IMG/VR virus record: IMGVR_UViG_2751185957_000009
DNA length: 13,336 bases
From: a virus
Taxonomy: Duplodnaviria; Heunggongvirae; Uroviricota; Caudoviricetes
Strand: one strand, 5' to 3'
The first letter of the stretch is position 1. Every line of letters starts with the position of its first letter. The position numbers and the translations under genes were made by a program. The notes beneath the pieces are model-generated. The model made no database searches. It was not told where the DNA came from and saw only the letters and a program-made list of their open reading frames with translations. This document shows positions 6,980-13,336 of the stretch, piece after piece.

Positions 6980-7252
6980 TTAGCTGTCCTGGTAATTGCG
7001 CCATATTTCATCACCAGCACCATCTATACCCATTTCGGCATAAGTGCGATCGACTGCCTTTTTCAGGTCTCCGAAATTATCCGGCGGCTCCGGTGCCCTC
7101 TGTGCCTTCCTTGAACATTCCAGCCGTCGCATCGTGATGTGATGCCGTTCCTTGTCTGTCTCCACCAGCTGCATGACTTCACCCCATCGCGCCGCCGCCC
7201 TCCGGTAAAAGCCTTTCGCCTCCAGTTCCTCCGCTATGCGGTCATGTACCAT
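6980..7252 (-). CDS. PerC-family transcriptional regulator homolog (about 90 aa; an upstream in-frame start at 7372 is possible)
   Basis: Motif IAEELEAKGFYRRAAARWGEVM matches the PerC-family signature as I recall it (AExLExxGxWRRAAxRW). The ATG at 7252 is preceded by GAGGGGG and lies 11 nt after the SSB stop. Family assignment from memory. Confidence 0.6.
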   Translation of the reverse strand: MVHDRIAEELEAKGFYRRAAARWGEVMQLVETDKERHHITMRRLECSRKAQRAPEPPDNFGDLKKAVDRTYAEMGIDGAGDEIWRNYQDS

Positions 7253-7262
7253 CGTCACCCCC

Positions 7263-7673
7263 TCAGAACGAAATATCATCACCGTAAGGGTCATCGCCTC
7301 CCGCTGGTGGCTGATTACCCTGTGTGCCTGTGGTTTTGCGTCTGTTCCCGCCTGGACGTGCCGCGCGGGCACTGATTACGCTGTCTGCGATAACCTGCCA
7401 GCCCTGCCGCGTTTCTCCGTTCTGTCCGGTCCACTGGCTTACCTGCATCGTGCCGGATACGCTGGCAACATCGCCTTTTTGATGTTTAGCCAGGAAGTCG
7501 GCCTGTTTGCCAAATGCGATGACCGATAACCATAACGTCGCCTGTCCGTCCTGTGCCTGGCTGCATGGCAAAGATACCGCCATACGCGCCAGCGTCATCG
7601 GTGTGCCCTTGCTGGTCTGTTTTACCTGCGGGTCGTCCACCAGCCGCCCGTAAGCGGCTATCTGTGCCGTCAT
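7263..7673 (-). CDS. ssb: Single-stranded DNA-binding protein (136 aa)
   Basis: OB-fold pattern (GRLVDDP..., WLSVIAFGKQADFLAKHQKGDVASVSGTMQVSQWTGQNGETRQGWQVIADSV), Gly/Pro-rich linker and acidic C-terminal tip DDPYGDDISF resembling the SSB DDDIPF tail. Strong GGAGAGGTGG Shine-Dalgarno. Confidence 0.8.
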   Translation of the reverse strand: MTAQIAAYGRLVDDPQVKQTSKGTPMTLARMAVSLPCSQAQDGQATLWLSVIAFGKQADFLAKHQKGDVASVSGTMQVSQWTGQNGETRQGWQVIADSVISARAARPGGNRRKTTGTQGNQPPAGGDDPYGDDISF

Positions 7674-7921
7674 AATTCCACCTCTCCGGTTTTAACGTTG
7701 ATGGTTGTTACCTGTTCCGCTTCGGCAATCTCCCGTTCTGTCAGCGTGGCAAAGTTTGCCGCCGCCGTGGTCATGAATGCGCTTATCAGGTCGGGATGTT
7801 CCTTCGCGTATCCTTCCCGCGTGTGGCGGTCTATCGTTCTGATTGCCACCTTTAAGGTGTGCTCAGTCATGTCTAACGCTTTATATTTTGGCTCTGTTCT
7901 GTCTCTGCGTTTTTGGGTCAT
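7670..7921 (-). CDS. Hypothetical protein (83 aa), coupled to ssb
   Basis: Its stop overlaps the ssb start (ATGA). ATG at 7921 with GAGAGG Shine-Dalgarno. The longer form in the ORF track would start at a GTG inside the iteron array. Confidence 0.5.
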   Translation of the reverse strand: MTQKRRDRTEPKYKALDMTEHTLKVAIRTIDRHTREGYAKEHPDLISAFMTTAAANFATLTEREIAEAEQVTTINVKTGEVEL

Positions 7922-7930
7922 TTCTCGCAA

Positions 7931-8123
7931 CCTCTCACTTTTTCGCCTCACTTTTTCAAGCGTCTCACTTCGTCGCAGTTGGGATTTTCGGTTTTTCTAT
8001 GTGTGTGTTTTATAAGTATTTTTTTACCCCTCACTTTTGAGGATGTATACAGGTCGAAAAGTGAGGGAGAGCGGGCTAATTTTGGCCCTCTTTCTATCCC
8101 CCTCGCTTTTGCTCCTCACTTTT
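7931..8123. repeat. Putative replication origin: at least six CCTCACTTTT iterons around an AT-rich spacer, directly 3' of the replicase gene
   Basis: Iterons at 7934, 7948, 7964 (variant), 8029, 8101 (variant) and 8114, plus one inverted copy at 8057-8066. AT-rich stretch 7991-8027. The last iteron overlaps the replicase stop codon. Confidence 0.65.
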
Positions 8124-9522
8124 ATAGCGGCGCTACATCATCCCCATCGATACTAATAACCCCATCTTTTTCCAGCTTGTACAGCCAGCGCCGGAAGTTT
8201 TTCATTTCATACCCCAGCTTTTTCATGTCATCACGTAACAGCGGGATCGTGCACTTGTCGCCGTTCTGTGTGCGTGAACGGATGCACCCCCATAGCGCGG
8301 TATGGTTTTCCGTCTTGTTCCCTGCCTCCTCGATGCGCTCCAGTTCAACAGGAGGGCGCGGATCATCCACCACCACCAGCGACGTGATTAATTCACCGTC
8401 AGCGTCGGTAAAAAGCTCCACCACGCGTAAGTCATATGCGGCTTCTTTGAGTTCCTCCGCGTCCTTCATTTTGGTGCATGAGATAACCAGCGCTTTGCTT
8501 CCTGCGTCCTCCCTGCGTATCCGGTATTCAGCATCCAGCGAAGCACGAAATGCACTGGAACCGCGCGCGCCTTTCGTCTCATCCTTGCCGGAATGGTGAA
8601 CCACCAGCACCGTGGCCCCTGTGCGTCGTTTCAGTTCGTCACAACCACGGATAAACGCCCCCATATCACGGGAATCATTTTCATCATTCCCACCAAAGCA
8701 ACGCGCCAGCGTATCCAGAATAATCATGCGTACAGGTTTACCCGTTTCCCGCTCCACCTGACGGGCAGCGATAACCATTTCATCAACATCAAGCGGGGCA
8801 GCCGGAAAGATGGGGCGGTTTACCAGATACAGATTTTTCACCTGCTCATCGTGCACAACCTCCCAGGCTTTTACACGACGCGGAACGCCGATACCGCCTT
8901 CACCAACCACATAGAGAACCGCACCATGTGCAACCCTGCGGCCTCCCCACTGGCGACCAGTGGCAACATGGCACGCCCACGATCCGGCAAGGAATGATTT
9001 ATAGGACCCGCTAGCCCCGTATATGCTGCATAGCGATACCGCCGGAATAATCCCCTTAACCACGTAATCCAGTTGCGTGTCGTATCCGGTAGATCCAACG
9101 CTCATCGGTAGCGTGGTTTTTCGCTGGTGGTTTTTTTCTTCCACCGGCTCTTTCCCGCGCACCCGTTCCAGGTATTCGCGCCAGTTCTCCCGCATATGGC
9201 TGTGCATCCCTTCGGGGTAATAATTCGCATCAGTTACACCCGCCGCCGCCAGCTTGTGCGCAATGGCATTAATATTTGATGGCCTGATGTGGCCTGCCTT
9301 GTACAGCCGGACACAATAGCGCCCCTCGTCGATGATTCTCAGGTCTGCCAGTTCATCCAGTTGATCATCAGCCAGCACAACGGGAGGCACATTATCGCCA
9401 GCCAGTCGCCCGTCCTGTTCCTGCCACTGTTTTGCATGTGCCCAGGCATCACTACCCGCAAAAATAATGACTTCGGTCATCTTGTCGTAAGGCTGTTTTT
9501 TTAAGTTCGGTGCGCTTTTCAT
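8122..9522 (-). CDS. Replication protein with RecA-like AAA_25 ATPase domain (satellite replicase/helicase, 466 aa)
   Basis: P-loop-like YGASGSYKSF, Walker B-like MIILD, and the signature VLVVHHSGKDETKGARGSSAFRASLDAEY typical of AAA_25 replicative ATPases. Its start overlaps the upstream ORF stop (ATGA). Confidence 0.8.
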   Translation of the reverse strand: MKSAPNLKKQPYDKMTEVIIFAGSDAWAHAKQWQEQDGRLAGDNVPPVVLADDQLDELADLRIIDEGRYCVRLYKAGHIRPSNINAIAHKLAAAGVTDANYYPEGMHSHMRENWREYLERVRGKEPVEEKNHQRKTTLPMSVGSTGYDTQLDYVVKGIIPAVSLCSIYGASGSYKSFLAGSWACHVATGRQWGGRRVAHGAVLYVVGEGGIGVPRRVKAWEVVHDEQVKNLYLVNRPIFPAAPLDVDEMVIAARQVERETGKPVRMIILDTLARCFGGNDENDSRDMGAFIRGCDELKRRTGATVLVVHHSGKDETKGARGSSAFRASLDAEYRIRREDAGSKALVISCTKMKDAEELKEAAYDLRVVELFTDADGELITSLVVVDDPRPPVELERIEEAGNKTENHTALWGCIRSRTQNGDKCTIPLLRDDMKKLGYEMKNFRRWLYKLEKDGVISIDGDDVAPL

Positions 9523-9818
9523 TTCTTGCCCCTGAATCCGTTAATCATGGTTTTCAGCTTCTGGATGTTTGCCCGTGCCCTGGCGTTGCTGGTGGGCACG
9601 TTATGCGGCGCGGTCTGTACCAGAGAAAAATCACGCCGGAACTGATAAACAGGCATCACGCAATCATATTCGTAACCTTCACGGCGGTAGGTTACACGCC
9701 GTTCTTCCACGCCCTTAATCATTACCGTGCCGCCGTACTGGTCGCGGTAAATATCACCGCGCGTAAATTTAGGGTGAGTGTTGCCACTGGCAGTTAAGCC
9801 AGAATATTTAAGTTTCAT
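9519..9818 (-). CDS. Hypothetical protein (99 aa), coupled to the replicase
   Basis: ORF with GGAGA Shine-Dalgarno; its stop overlaps the replicase ATG. Confidence 0.5.
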   Translation of the reverse strand: MKLKYSGLTASGNTHPKFTRGDIYRDQYGGTVMIKGVEERRVTYRREGYEYDCVMPVYQFRRDFSLVQTAPHNVPTSNARARANIQKLKTMINGFRGKK

Positions 9819-9823
9819 TATTT

Positions 9824-10057
9824 TTATTCTCCGGTGTGCTGTTCTTTATATCTGTCGTGCAATAGATCTATTTCTTGCAGTTCCATTATTACAGGCTCAA
9901 GAAGCGTTATTAATGCCGTGGCAATTCTTGATTTTTGTTTGTCGCGTTCATTGTCGCCAAGTGTTTCAAGCCATATGCGCAATATTTCCAGCATGTTTTC
10001 ACTGTGAGAAAGTGCAAGAAATGCGCGGTCTATTGTTTCGTGGTAAATATCACGCAT
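9824..10057 (-). CDS. Hypothetical small protein (77 aa)
   Basis: ORF whose ATG overlaps the upstream stop (ATGCGTGA). Helical, acidic composition. Confidence 0.45.
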   Translation of the reverse strand: MRDIYHETIDRAFLALSHSENMLEILRIWLETLGDNERDKQKSRIATALITLLEPVIMELQEIDLLHDRYKEQHTGE

Positions 10058-10283
10058 GGCTTACATCCTCAGGAAATTTTCTTCTGTAACGCGCCTCTGC
10101 CACATATTCCGCATAATCGGCGGCGATATTCAGTACATCAAGCCCCGTTGATTTATATTCTCTCGTGGAAAGTAAGAAAAAAGCCGCTCTAATAAGTTCT
10201 GGCATTGACGAAAGCGCATCAGCCGCATCATCAGGAACGCCGGGAAATTCCTGTTTCAGGGAATTAAAACGATCATCACGCAT
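10050..10283 (-). CDS. Hypothetical small protein (77 aa from ATG at 10283; the ORF track extends to 10331)
   Basis: ATG at 10283 follows a G8 run acting as Shine-Dalgarno and overlaps the upstream stop (ATGCGTGA). Confidence 0.45.
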   Translation of the reverse strand: MRDDRFNSLKQEFPGVPDDAADALSSMPELIRAAFFLLSTREYKSTGLDVLNIAADYAEYVAEARYRRKFPEDVSHA

Positions 10284-10497
10284 AACCCCCCCCATTTTCA
10301 CAATCAGCAACAAGAATATTTTTAGCGTCATTCAGCGACCGCGTTGCGATGTATCGGATACATTCCAGGGCGAACTGTGTCCGGTCTTTCTGTTCTTCTC
10401 CCTGCGCAAGCTCTGCAGTGCATTCAATATCAATAAGCGCGTGCATCAGCGTAGTGAGTGCGGCGGCTGCTGCGTTCGGTGTGGTTTTATTGTGCAT
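10276..10497 (-). CDS. Hypothetical small protein (73 aa from ATG at 10497; the ORF track extends to 10539)
   Basis: ATG at 10497 with GGGGGA Shine-Dalgarno, overlapping the end of the upstream ORF by 11 nt. Confidence 0.45.
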   Translation of the reverse strand: MHNKTTPNAAAAALTTLMHALIDIECTAELAQGEEQKDRTQFALECIRYIATRSLNDAKNILVADCENGGGYA

Positions 10498-10687
10498 AGG
10501 TTTCCCCCTGACGAATACGGGCGGCGAATACAGCAACACAACCGGACGGGCAACGGCTACGCGCTTCGCGTTCCGTCCAGGCGGTTACGTGGATGATTTG
10601 AGATTCTCCGGCACTCAGGGCCAGAAAACGCCACACAAAGGCCGTTTGTGTGTGTACAAGGTGTGGTATATGATTTACGGCAACCAT
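10487..10687 (-). CDS. Hypothetical small protein (66 aa), first gene of the leftward replication operon
   Basis: ATG at 10687 preceded by AGGAG; the longer ORF (to 10786) would run through the palindromic operators, so the short form is preferred. Confidence 0.4.
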   Translation of the reverse strand: MVAVNHIPHLVHTQTAFVWRFLALSAGESQIIHVTAWTEREARSRCPSGCVAVFAARIRQGETYAQ

Positions 10688-10773
10688 AACGGCTCCTAGT
10701 TTACGTTGTTGGTTAGAAGCCCTGCGAGTGGTAATGACACTTGCGGGGCTTTGCTTTTTTAAGTGCTCTTGTG

Positions 10774-10824
10774 TTAAGGTGGCCACCTAACAATGGAAAG
10801 GCTAATTCAATAGGTGACCACTTG
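10774..10824. promoter_or_regulatory. Divergent control region with two palindromic operator-like sites (GGTGGCCACC and GGTGACCAC)
   Basis: TTAAGGTGGCCACCTAA at 10774-10790 and ATAGGTGACCACTTG at 10811-10824, centres ~35 bp apart, between the divergently oriented operons. An imperfect hairpin plus T-run lies at 10718-10760. Confidence 0.5.
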
Positions 10825-10887
10825 TCAATAATCAAACGCGATAAAAGCCCTAAAGGGGACGGGCAATCCCCACAATTCAGAATGCGA

Positions 10888-11013
10888 ATTTCTCCAGAGC
10901 TAAAAGAGCAATTCGACAAAGAAGCACAGAGCGACGGCATAAGCCTAGCCAACTGGCTTAAAGAGTTGGGGCGCACTGAACTAAAGCGGCGCGGCATAGA
11001 ACCCAAAGGATAA
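10888..11013 (+). CDS. Putative ribbon-helix-helix (Arc/CopG-like) DNA-binding protein (42 aa from ATG; the ORF track starts at TTG 10741)
   Basis: MRISPELKEQFDKEAQSDGISLANWLKELGRTEL fits the beta-strand, helix, G-loop, helix pattern of RHH proteins. Start uncertain; weak ribosome-binding site. Confidence 0.4.
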   Translation: MSPELKEQFDKEAQSDGISLANWLKELGRTELKRRGIEPKG

Positions 11014-11070
11014 AAACTATCAGCGCCGTGGTGTGAGGTATTACGGCGCATTGCTATGCAGGACAACACA

Positions 11071-11244
11071 ATGACCGATAAAGAATTGACCAAAACATTA
11101 TCACCGGCACGGAAAAGACGGCGCAGAAAGATAGAGCATGAATCAGAAAGATTCGCACCATGTGCTTTTGCCCTTGAGCAATTCCTTAAAGAGTATAGGG
11201 AAAAGCGCTCATTGCAGGTATGGCAACGAACTGAACCAGACTGA
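11071..11244 (+). CDS. Hypothetical small basic protein (57 aa; alternative start at 11056)
   Basis: ORF with AGGA 8 nt before the ATG at 11071; contains an RKRRRRK basic patch. Convergent with alpA. Confidence 0.35.
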   Translation: MTDKELTKTLSPARKRRRRKIEHESERFAPCAFALEQFLKEYREKRSLQVWQRTEPD

Positions 11245-11337
11245 TTGCATTGCCCACCAGCCTGATAGCGGCTATCATCCCCGTGCTTATGTTTGGGATC
11301 ATATACACATAAGGCGCAGCGGGTTAATTGTTCAGAA

Positions 11338-11366
11338 AGGCGGCTCCATATCGGGGCCGCTTTTTT
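11338..11366. terminator. Terminator-like hairpin between the convergent plus-strand module and alpA
   Basis: GGCGGC...GCCGC stem followed by TTTTTT on the plus strand, 27 nt after the alpA stop on the other strand. Confidence 0.4.
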
Positions 11367-11392
11367 CGTGTTTGTCATATCTGTGATACCCG

Positions 11393-11599
11393 TTAAGCAG
11401 CCGTTCCGCGTGCTTCCTGTTCGCGTTCTTTCTGCCAGGCCAACACATCATCCTCATACCATCCGCGACGGCGTAAACCAACGCGAAAACCCTGCGGAAA
11501 TTCTCCGGCGTTGATCATGCTTTGCAGCGTGCTGTCTGCCTTGATGTGGATAATTTTTTTTACTTCCTGGCGAAAGATAATTTTTCTGATTGCTTCCAT
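11393..11599 (-). CDS. alpA: AlpA-family transcriptional regulator / excisionase-like protein (68 aa)
   Basis: Motif RQEVKKIIHIKADSTLQSMINAGEFPQGFRVGLRRRGWYEDDVLAWQKER matches the AlpA (Phage_AlpA) pattern as recalled (EV..I.....STLY.....G.FP..IKLG.R.V.W...EV..W). AAGGT Shine-Dalgarno. Confidence 0.8.
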   Translation of the reverse strand: MEAIRKIIFRQEVKKIIHIKADSTLQSMINAGEFPQGFRVGLRRRGWYEDDVLAWQKEREQEARGTAA

Positions 11600-11731
11600 C
11601 GTGATTTACCTTGTGAATCCGGTGTATTCCGGTGACAAATACGGTAAATCATCGGATATGGGTAAAAACAGTTCCCACCGTTTTTAAACGGTATACACCG
11701 TTTTTATATTGATGATTTGAAATGGAATTAT

Positions 11732-11754
11732 AAAAAAAGCGGCATTTCTGCCGC
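11732..11754 (-). terminator. Rho-independent terminator after ORF 11766-12017
   Basis: AAAAAAA-GCGGCA-TTTC-TGCCGC: 6-bp stem, TTTC loop, T7 on the minus strand, 12 nt after the stop. Confidence 0.65.
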
Positions 11755-11765
11755 TTCCAGGATTG

Positions 11766-12017
11766 TTACCGCCATTTTTTGGGCCTGCCTCCGATCTTCA
11801 TAGATGCCGGACGTACGACCTTATCAATACTTACCGCCAGATTTCTGGAAGCGCCACGGGATACCAGAAAATCTACTACCTGTTTTTTTGATGGGGCCGT
11901 CGTTCTGTCCTCCGGATCGTAGGTTGACCAAAATTCATGCTGAACCATCAGGGCCAGTTGCAGCCCGTCGCAATTGCATCTGATATTTTTTTGCATCTTA
12001 ACGGTTTCATGTTTCAC
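11766..12017 (-). CDS. Hypothetical small protein next to the integrase, possibly an excisionase-like DNA-binding protein (start uncertain)
   Basis: ORF between int and alpA with basic C-terminal tail KIGGRPKKWR. The track start is a GTG; in-frame ATGs at 11996 and 11948 lack good ribosome-binding sites. Confidence 0.4.
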   Translation of the reverse strand: MKHETVKMQKNIRCNCDGLQLALMVQHEFWSTYDPEDRTTAPSKKQVVDFLVSRGASRNLAVSIDKVVRPASMKIGGRPKKWR

Positions 12018-12094
12018 GGCCTTGTCGTTAAATTTGATGCAATTATACGACGGTTTTACATGGTTTTCGTAGTTTTTACTGGTTTTCTGTACAG

Positions 12095-13336
12095 CTACAC
12101 GGCTCGGATACCCCTTTTACCACTGGCGAGGGTTACGCCCGTCGCCGCAGCCTCGACAAATTCGCCCCACCAGCGCATCAGCACGATGCGTTTTTCTATG
12201 TAGTTGCTCCGGTTGTATGCCCGTCTAACTTCGTTGGTGTCGACGTGGGCAAGTGCCGCCTCTATTACGTCCGGCTCGAATCCTTCCTCGTTCGCTGCTG
12301 TGCTGAATATGGCGCGTAATCCATGAGACACCAGCACGCCAGCGAATCCCATACGCCGCAATGCTGCGTTAGCTGTCTGGCTGTTCATCGGCTGCTGTGG
12401 GTCTTTCAGACTTGGGAAAACGTAATTGCGGTGGTGGCTGATTGGTTTCATGGCCTCCAGCACCGCCATAGCCTGACCGGAAAGCGGGATAACGTGATCC
12501 CTGCGCATCTTCATGCGTCCGGCAGGTATCGTCCATTGCTTCGCGTCCAGGTTGATTTCATCCCACCGCGTTGATGACGCTTCGGCGGGACGGGTTACGG
12601 TCAGTAACTGCCATTCAATCAGTAATCTGGTCTGCCGTTCTGTTGCCGATACTGATAAAGCCTGCATAAGCTCCGGCAGCTGTTCGGGGCGGATTGTTGG
12701 CATATGTTTTTTTACAGGTGAGGGAAACGCCTTACGCACATTCATAGCCGGATTGGCATCAATCAGCCCACTGTTGGCGGCGTAATCCATTACCTCATTA
12801 ACGCGCTGTAAAACCCGCTTGAGTGTTTCCAGGTTGCCGCGCTCCTTGATGGGTGTAAGCACTTCAACGAACCTTCGGGCGGTGAGGGTATCTATTGGCG
12901 TGTTGCCGATGAACGGGAATACATATTTATCCAGCGAACGCCAGATGTCTTTAATCGTGTTGGGGGCCAGATTCTGGCTGATTTTCACCTGGTACCATGC
13001 CGCCGCCACATTTTCGAACGTGTTCCCTTGTCTTCGGGCCTCTGCCTCTCGTTTTTTCTTCTCATGGCCCTGCGGGTCAGTTCCGGCACTGATTAACGCT
13101 CTGTACTCGCTACGGCGTTTTCTGGCATCAGCCAGGGAAACATCATCAAGCGATCCAAAACTCAGCAATATTCTTTTTTTGTCCGATGGCCGGTAGTAGG
13201 AAAATCGCCAGAGTTTTGATCCGGACGGTTTGACCAGGAGAAAAAGCCCTCCGCCGTCCTGTAGGGTGTATTCCTTTTCCGCTGGTCTGGCTGCTTTGAT
13301 CTGCACCGTGGTTAATGGGGGTGTTTTTCTCGCCAT
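12095..13336 (-). CDS. int: P4-type tyrosine integrase (413 aa)
   Basis: N-terminal arm-binding domain typical of P4-like integrases (LTTVQIKAARPAEKEYTLQDGGGLFLLVKPSGSKLWRFSYY), C-terminal catalytic region with HGLR and the tyrosine in RRAYNRSNY. Start codon is the last three bases of the window. Confidence 0.9.
   Translation of the reverse strand: MARKTPPLTTVQIKAARPAEKEYTLQDGGGLFLLVKPSGSKLWRFSYYRPSDKKRILLSFGSLDDVSLADARKRRSEYRALISAGTDPQGHEKKKREAEARRQGNTFENVAAAWYQVKISQNLAPNTIKDIWRSLDKYVFPFIGNTPIDTLTARRFVEVLTPIKERGNLETLKRVLQRVNEVMDYAANSGLIDANPAMNVRKAFPSPVKKHMPTIRPEQLPELMQALSVSATERQTRLLIEWQLLTVTRPAEASSTRWDEINLDAKQWTIPAGRMKMRRDHVIPLSGQAMAVLEAMKPISHHRNYVFPSLKDPQQPMNSQTANAALRRMGFAGVLVSHGLRAIFSTAANEEGFEPDVIEAALAHVDTNEVRRAYNRSNYIEKRIVLMRWWGEFVEAAATGVTLASGKRGIRAV

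Noticed and set aside
7931-8123. Possible CRISPR array suggested by short repeated units
   Set aside because: Repeats are only ~10 bp, irregularly spaced, include an inverted copy and sit at a replicase 3' end: iterons, not CRISPR repeat-spacer structure.
7913-8599. 228-aa plus-strand ORF
   Set aside because: Antisense to the replicase 3' end and the iteron array; Ser/Phe-rich composition driven by the T-rich iterons.
9824-10283. Tandem duplication producing the two 77-aa ORFs that both start MRD at an ATGCGTGA stop/start overlap
   Set aside because: Beyond the first three residues and the equal length, the two proteins show no convincing similarity by eye; the shared junction may just reflect a favoured coupling motif.
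10713-11378. 221-aa minus-strand ORF spanning the divergent control region
   Set aside because: Ser/Cys/Arg-rich translation with no domain-like pattern; runs antisense to the plus-strand small genes and across the operator palindromes and terminator hairpin.

Overview
The window contains three things. (1) Positions 1-296 are the right end of an IS2 copy (transposase OrfB C-terminus plus terminal inverted repeat). (2) IS2 has inserted into an AIDA-I/Ag43-type autotransporter gene, leaving the passenger repeats and beta-barrel (297-2510) without their native 5' end. (3) From about 3.0 kb to the right edge lies a roughly 10 kb integrative, helper-dependent phage satellite (PICI-like), almost entirely on the minus strand. 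Read from the right edge it runs: P4-type tyrosine integrase, small DNA-binding ORF, AlpA regulator, a divergent plus-strand module (ribbon-helix-helix protein and a basic small protein), five translationally coupled small ORFs, an AAA_25-type replicase followed by an iteron origin, SSB, a PerC-family regulator, terminator-insulated small genes, a capsid module with clear homologs of lambda major capsid protein E and decoration protein D, and a shortened Nu1-like small terminase flanked by two inverted lambda-type cosN copies. No portal, prohead protease, large terminase, tail or lysis genes are present. The most interesting hypothesis is a satellite that brings its own lambda-type capsid shell, cos and TerS-like specificity factor while borrowing the rest from a lambdoid helper. 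All functional calls rest on sequence motifs recalled from memory; no database search was run. The integrase start codon sits exactly at the window edge, so its att site is not visible.
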